DNA of 63,767 nt, filler included. It is 6 parts of 6 records of this genome, joined end to end, with 100 filler letters (N's around TTAATTAATTAA, not from the genome) between each part and the next. Parts side by side here need not be neighbours in the genome. Positions count along the whole stretch, not along the records: positions 54,364 to 63,767 come from SRR31156797_14559; 5 more parts are not named here. One strand, 5' to 3'. Below, piece by piece: positions 58,776-63,767 of the stretch (positions are counted from its first letter, which is position 1; every line of letters starts with the position of its first letter). The notes beneath the pieces are model-generated. The model made no database searches, had not been told where the DNA came from, and saw only the letters and a program-made list of their open reading frames with translations. The translations under genes and the position numbers were made by a program.

Positions 58776-58957
58776 GCGGGGACCGGCACTCCCCCCCAAG
58801 GAATTCCAGCGCTTGAATTCAAATTGATCATTCTTTATCCATTCTGACATTGTCCGTTATCCACTCTTCATCTATTACTGTTTCCGCCAATTTAGAGGAC
58901 AGGAAACGATCTGGGACCTGGCACTCCCCGGATTTTCAATTGAATATCTGTCCAGAT

Positions 58958-59857
58958 ATGATACTATGGCCATTTGCCAATTTGCCCGGATCAGGGGGCA
59001 CAACGGCTCAACAAAAGTTGCACGATCAGGAGGAAACGATCAAACAAGCGCAAGAGAAGCATGGGCCCACAAGACCCGCAACCGGATTGGCCTGGTGCTG
59101 GGATCTTGTTAAATTTTCCATGACGGCGGCCATTTTCATCTGGCTCATCCACAAGGGGGCCGGCGCCATTGAGTACAACTGGCAATGGTATCGCATTCCC
59201 CAGTATATCGCCACCCTCGGAGACCGGGGATTTGTTCCGGGACCGCTTCTGACAGGACTTGGGGTCACCCTCAAGGTATCCCTGTTCTCCCTTGCGCTGT
59301 CGAGCCTGTTCGGTCTTGCGGCCGCCCTGTGCAGGCTCTCAAACCTCCTCTCCCTCAGGGCCCTGGCCCGCCTGTATCTTGAACTGGTCCGCAACACGCC
59401 CCTTCTGGTGCAGCTTTTTTTCATCTACTTTGTGCTCTCCCCGGCAATGGGGTTCAGCCGGTTTGCCGCGGCCGTCCTCACCCTGAGCCTGTTTGAGGGA
59501 GCCTATGCCTCCGAAATCATCCGGGCGGGCATCACGGCCATTCCCCAGGGCCAGTGGGAAGCGGCCTTCTCCCTGGGGCTGGGGCGATACCGCACCTACC
59601 GCCACATCATCCTTCCCCAGGCCATCCGGATCATGCTGCCGCCCCTCACGAGCCAGATGATCTCCCTGATCAAGGACTCGGCCCTGGTAAGCACCATTGC
59701 CGTGTACGATCTGACCATGAAGGGCCAGGAAATCATGGCCGAGACCTATCTTGTTTTCGAAATATGGCTCGCCATCGCCGCCATCTACCTCGCCATCACC
59801 CTGACCCTCTCCATGGCCACCCGGGCTATGGAAAAAAAGCTGTCCCCAAATGAATGA
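58958..59857 (+). CDS. Polar amino-acid ABC permease (start uncertain)
   Basis: RNTPLLVQ, AYASEIIRAGI..IPQGQWEAA, LIKDSAL. Confidence 0.92.
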   Translation: MILWPFANLPGSGGTTAQQKLHDQEETIKQAQEKHGPTRPATGLAWCWDLVKFSMTAAIFIWLIHKGAGAIEYNWQWYRIPQYIATLGDRGFVPGPLLTGLGVTLKVSLFSLALSSLFGLAAALCRLSNLLSLRALARLYLELVRNTPLLVQLFFIYFVLSPAMGFSRFAAAVLTLSLFEGAYASEIIRAGITAIPQGQWEAAFSLGLGRYRTYRHIILPQAIRIMLPPLTSQMISLIKDSALVSTIAVYDLTMKGQEIMAETYLVFEIWLAIAAIYLAITLTLSMATRAMEKKLSPNE

Positions 59858-59984
59858 TTTTATGATATCGCACAATGGAAGCAATCAAGATCTGCGGGAA
59901 AAACTCCCCTGTCTGTTGGAAATTTCCTCTATCAGGGGGAAAAAGCCCTTATCTTATAACTCACCATCCCCAAGGAGAATACCC

Positions 59985-60815
59985 ATGAAACCATTGATCC
60001 GTTCCATCAACATTCTTATCATGGCCGCCGTTTTCTTTTGCCTGGCAGGATTCAACGCCTTTGGCGCGCTTCCAAAGCCCAACCCGGACAGTACCGTCGA
60101 GCAGGTCCTGAAACGGGGGGTGCTGCGGGTGGGCATGTCCACCTTCGTGCCCTGGGCCATGAAGGACAAGACCGGCAAGCTCATGGGATTTGAGATAGAC
60201 GTTGCAACCCGGCTTGCCGAGGACATGGGGGTCAAGGTACAGTTCATCCCCACCAAGTGGTCCGGCATCATTCCCGCGCTGCTGACGGGAAAGTTCGACA
60301 TCATCATCGGCGGAATGGGAATACTGCCCAGCCGCAACCTCAAGGTCAACTTCTCCAACCCTTACGACTACACGGGAATGTCCATGGCGGCCAGCACCAC
60401 CATGGCAAAGGAGTTTTCAGGGCTCGAAGCCTTTAACCGGCCCGATGTCGTCCTGTCGGCGCGCCTGGGTTCAACAGGGGTGGCCGCCATAAAGAAATAC
60501 CTGCCCAAGGCCCAGATACGCATGTTCGACGACGAGGCCCAGGCCTTCCAGGAAGCCATCAACGGCCGGGTCCACGGGGTGGTCTCTTCGGCCCCCACCC
60601 CGGCATTCCAGGCGATCAAGCATCCCACCAAGCTGTTTCTCCCCCTCAAGGATAACTTCACCAGGGAGCCCATCGGCTTTGCCGTGAAAAAGGGGGATTT
60701 CGACACCATCAACTTCCTCAACAACTGGATCCACTACGTTGAATCCGAAGGATGGTTCAAGGAGAGAAAAACATACTGGTTCAAAACCCGGGATTGGGAG
60801 AACAGGCTCAATTGA
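59985..60815 (+). CDS. Polar amino-acid ABC substrate-binding protein
   Basis: Signal peptide, GFEIDVA, WSGIIPALLTGKFD; AGGAG RBS. Confidence 0.94.
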   Translation: MKPLIRSINILIMAAVFFCLAGFNAFGALPKPNPDSTVEQVLKRGVLRVGMSTFVPWAMKDKTGKLMGFEIDVATRLAEDMGVKVQFIPTKWSGIIPALLTGKFDIIIGGMGILPSRNLKVNFSNPYDYTGMSMAASTTMAKEFSGLEAFNRPDVVLSARLGSTGVAAIKKYLPKAQIRMFDDEAQAFQEAINGRVHGVVSSAPTPAFQAIKHPTKLFLPLKDNFTREPIGFAVKKGDFDTINFLNNWIHYVESEGWFKERKTYWFKTRDWENRLN

Positions 60816-61696
60816 TTGAAAAGAATCCCAAGCTGACGGTACTGGATCTGGTGGTGTTCGCCCTGGTGGGATCGGGGGTTGCCTGGCTCATGGTGACCAT
60901 CACCCTCGAATCCCAATACAACTGGCAATGGGAGACCATTCCCCAGTACATCCTCCGCTTTGACGACCCCGCCGGCAGGTGGGTGCCCGGCATGATCCTC
61001 ACGGGGCTGTTGATCACCCTCAGGATCTCTTTCTGGTCCACCCTCGGGGCCCTAATCATCGGAACGGTGATGGGCACCATGAAGGGCGGACCCAGCCGGT
61101 ACTTACGAATGGTGGCCACGGCCTACGTGGAAACCATCCGCAACGTGCCGGTAATCGTCTGGATCTTCATTTTTTACTACTTTCTGGGGGAAATCATCGT
61201 CCCGCTCCTGGGACTTGACCGGGCCGCCGCCATGGAGGAGGGACTTTTAAGGGATCTTGTGACGTCCTTTATTTCAGACCCGTCCCACCTGCCGGTCTTT
61301 TTTTCCGGAACCGCGGCCCTTGCCCTTTATGAAGGCGCCTATTTTACGGAGATCATCCGGGCCGGGGTGGAGTCCATTGAAAAAGGCCAGTGGGAGGCCT
61401 CGGCCGCCCATGGCCTCACCCGGTTCCAGCAGCTCAGGCATGTGATCCTTCCCCAGGCCCTGGTGCGGGTACTTCCCCCCATGGCCGGCCAGATCATCTC
61501 CACCATCAAGGACTCCTCCATCGTCTCCGTGATCTCCATACAGGAACTCACCTTCCAGGGCATGGAGCTCATGTCCGCCACCTTTCTGACCTTTGAGGTG
61601 TGGATCACGGTGCTGTTCCTCTACTTTACGGTCTGCTTCTGCTGCTCCATGGGAGTGGCGGGAATCGAGAAACGCATGACGCGGAAAAAAAGCTGA
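60812..61696 (+). CDS. Polar amino-acid ABC permease
   Basis: IRNVP, AYFTEIIRAGVESIEKGQWEA, IKDSSI; TTG start overlapping the upstream stop. Confidence 0.93.
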   Translation: MIEKNPKLTVLDLVVFALVGSGVAWLMVTITLESQYNWQWETIPQYILRFDDPAGRWVPGMILTGLLITLRISFWSTLGALIIGTVMGTMKGGPSRYLRMVATAYVETIRNVPVIVWIFIFYYFLGEIIVPLLGLDRAAAMEEGLLRDLVTSFISDPSHLPVFFSGTAALALYEGAYFTEIIRAGVESIEKGQWEASAAHGLTRFQQLRHVILPQALVRVLPPMAGQIISTIKDSSIVSVISIQELTFQGMELMSATFLTFEVWITVLFLYFTVCFCCSMGVAGIEKRMTRKKS

Positions 61697-61741
61697 TCCC
61701 GCATCCCCCGGCCAGCAGAAACAAACAAAAAAAGAGCCCGG

Positions 61742-62851
61742 TTACGCCCGGCAGAGGAAATGAAGATGATAGGGATCGTGGGCCATGGACTGGGCCTCGA
61801 CCTGGTCAAAACCGGCCTTTTCCAGCATGGCAACGGCCTTTTCCCGTCCCCACATCATCCCTAGGCCCGCCCCCTTGCAGTTCAGCCCCACGGGCATGCA
61901 GTGCATGAGACTCACGGTGTAAAGAAAAGGCCCCAGGGGGTGATCCATGTTACCGGCCGGATCCGTGGCCGCATCGATGTCCACCATGGAGAAAATGCCG
62001 CCCTTTGCCAGTATGGCGACCACGCTCTCAAGGGCCTCATGGGGCTGGGTCTGGTCGTGGATGGCGTCAAAGGCCATCACATAGTCGAACCGATCGGCAT
62101 AGCCGGGGTCATCCTTCAAGGCGGCCGCATCCGCCACACAATACTCGGCATTGGCAAGCCCTAACGCTGCGGCATCAGCGCTTGCCTTGACAATGGCCTG
62201 TTCATGGTTGTCTATACCCAGGAAACGGCTGTTGGGGAACGCCTCTGCCAGAAGATTCATGGCCACCCCTTCCCCGCAGCCCAGATCACAGACCCGGATT
62301 CCCTTTTTCAGCCGTTCCAGGAGACGGCCGTCGTCCACAAAAGGAACAAACTGGTCCACCAGGAGCTTGCGGTGCCTGGCATCGGAGATCTCTCCCATAA
62401 AGGCCTGGAAATCCGGGTACTGGGAAAAGGGCACGCCCTCCCCCGTGACAAAGCCGTTGCTCACCGCCTCCATGGCACAGGAGGTGAGAAGGGGCATCTC
62501 CTGGGCATACACACCCATGTTGGCGTCCCCCGCCCGTCGGGTCAACATGGCGGCGTGCTCCTTTGGCAGATAGTAAAGGGGGTCGCCGGCCTCGCCGGTT
62601 GAAATCTCGACAATCCGCCCCATGGCCATGCTGCCCAGCCACTCCCGCAGATAGCGTTCGCTCAATCCTGCTGCGTCCGCGATCGCCCCTGGGGTCGCGG
62701 GCCCGGCAAGCTCATCCATGACATCAAAGATGCGGTGTTTATACCCAAGGGCCATGGAAAGGGTCAGGGCCCCGCCATTAAGAATATCCATCATTCTCTG
62801 TCCGAATTGTTCCTGCTTTTCCATTACTGTTTCATCCACTGTTTCATCCAT
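61742..62851 (-). CDS. Winged-HTH + class I SAM methyltransferase (Rv2258c-like)
   Basis: ERYLREWL, CDLGCGEG, AFDAIHD, LYTVSLMHCM, GLGMMWG. Confidence 0.92.
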   Translation of the reverse strand: MDETVDETVMEKQEQFGQRMMDILNGGALTLSMALGYKHRIFDVMDELAGPATPGAIADAAGLSERYLREWLGSMAMGRIVEISTGEAGDPLYYLPKEHAAMLTRRAGDANMGVYAQEMPLLTSCAMEAVSNGFVTGEGVPFSQYPDFQAFMGEISDARHRKLLVDQFVPFVDDGRLLERLKKGIRVCDLGCGEGVAMNLLAEAFPNSRFLGIDNHEQAIVKASADAAALGLANAEYCVADAAALKDDPGYADRFDYVMAFDAIHDQTQPHEALESVVAILAKGGIFSMVDIDAATDPAGNMDHPLGPFLYTVSLMHCMPVGLNCKGAGLGMMWGREKAVAMLEKAGFDQVEAQSMAHDPYHLHFLCRA

Positions 62852-62945
62852 CGATTTTTATCCTTTATCTTAATGGGGTCAGGCATTCGCATGCCCTCGC
62901 CGTCACGGCAAGGGCTTGCAACCATCAAATTCTCTCTTTTCCAAA

Positions 62946-63293
62946 TCAGGCTCTGGAATGGCATTGACCGCATTTCACGGGCCCGGAGGCCTTATTCTCC
63001 TTCTTGTATTTCCGGTGGCAGGAGATGCACTTGCCGTTCATCACCTGTTTTTTCTTAAGGTTGCCGCTGGCTTTCATCTCCTGGATCCCCCCGACGCTTT
63101 TTGGGAACAGGTCATGGCAGGCCTCACAGTCGGCCAGGGCATCCTGATGCATATGATGGGGGAAATCCACCGCCCCCCGCTTTCCTCCGTCCATGGAGAA
63201 CCTTTCAGAGCCCCGGTCTACGCCTGCGCCGACCATCACAACAGCAACAAAAACCATAATGAAAAACGTGGAAAACGCCCATTTTTTTTGCAT
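62946..63293 (-). CDS. Small periplasmic triheme cytochrome c (c3/c7 class III-like)
   Basis: Signal peptide, FPHHMH, CEACH, CISCH, CGQCH. Confidence 0.9.
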   Translation of the reverse strand: MQKKWAFSTFFIMVFVAVVMVGAGVDRGSERFSMDGGKRGAVDFPHHMHQDALADCEACHDLFPKSVGGIQEMKASGNLKKKQVMNGKCISCHRKYKKENKASGPVKCGQCHSRA

Positions 63294-63520
63294 ACTCACA
63301 GCCTCCCTTAACGTTAGAATGATTTTCCCAGGATCAACAGGGCTCCGGGGAGGAGTAAATACCTGTTGCCATTTAAACCGCCCCCCCTGTATAATTGAGG
63401 GCATTATAGCAATCAGAAACCTTTTTACAAGAGCAAGAAAGACCGCAGCACGAATTCCCGGGAGCAATTTTCAAAACAATATGGATTGAAACCCGGCAAC
63501 TCCTTCTCCAACGCATCACC

Positions 63521-63536
63521 TGGCCCGAACTTTGCT
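63521..63536 (+). promoter_or_regulatory. Sigma54 promoter
   Basis: TGGCCC-GAACT-TTGCT upstream of the last gene. Confidence 0.65.
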
Positions 63537-63584
63537 TCTTTAATGCCAACAAAATAACCGTTGTCATCATACAGGGAGGAAACA

Positions 63585-63767
63585 ATGAAGCTGAGAATTG
63601 GAACCAAGGTCAATATCCTTATCATCGTATCGCTTCTACTTGTTGGCGGGGCAGCCATCGTTCTTTCGGCATCGGCCCTGCGGAAGGAAGGAGACCTCGC
63701 CATCAACGAATACAGAACCGGGGTGATGAACGAAAAAACACAGATGCTCAAGGAGATGGTGAGAATC
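63585..63767 (+). CDS. Cache-domain chemoreceptor/sensor N-terminus (truncated; absent from the ORF track)
   Basis: GGAGG RBS; MKLRIGTKVNILIIVSLLLVGGAAIVLS...MNEKTQMLKEMV, i.e. TM1 then an sCache-like helix. Confidence 0.7.
   Translation, partial: MKLRIGTKVNILIIVSLLLVGGAAIVLSASALRKEGDLAINEYRTGVMNEKTQMLKEMVRI

Noticed and set aside
58958-61696. Amino-acid ABC cluster lacking an ATPase
   Set aside because: ATPases are commonly encoded elsewhere and shared; not remarkable
62826-62851. 12-bp tandem duplication at the methyltransferase start (MDETVDETV)
   Set aside because: Two copies only, in frame; most likely neutral slippage
1-63767. CRISPR array, cas genes, reverse transcriptase, TnpB/TldR or rRNA
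   Set aside because: No regularly spaced repeats or matching protein motifs were seen by eye

Overview
The window is not one locus. It is six unrelated contigs joined by 100-nt N/TTAATTAATTAA linkers, so gene context is only valid within each contig. (1) 1-22266, Desulfobacterota-like. It opens with the right end of an AT-rich genomic island at a tmRNA 3'-end attachment site, carrying an orphan ORF, a serine recombinase, a sigma28-driven flagellin whose variable region is about seven beta-propeller-like repeats, an RHH protein and a tyrosine integrase. A decayed P4-type integrase follows. Next is a sigma54-controlled catabolic cluster (gabT, TorT-like ABC transporter, pxpA/B/C-like genes, BCCP, biotin carboxylase) beside a tungsten-type aldehyde:ferredoxin oxidoreductase, plus a divergent glycine-riboswitch-like RNA. 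(2) 22367-28288, a T6SS spike module: VgrG with a collagen (Gly-X-Y)18 insert, a DUF2169-pentapeptide protein with an apparent dead TOPRIM domain, and a pentapeptide protein. (3) 28389-34820, high-GC alphaproteobacterial-like: DHDPS family, IclR, SSS transporter, TPR proteins, ettA. (4) 34921-41536: RND efflux and a sigma54 oxidative-stress operon (NROR, rubrerythrin, desulfoferrodoxin). (5) 41637-54263, Desulfovibrionaceae housekeeping genes from efp to secG and tRNA-Leu. (6) 54364-63767, Desulfobacteraceae-like mixed genes. The best novelty candidates are the island-borne propeller flagellin, the putative anaerobic lactam pathway and the collagen-VgrG/TOPRIM-DUF2169 module. All family assignments are from motif recognition by eye; no database search was run.
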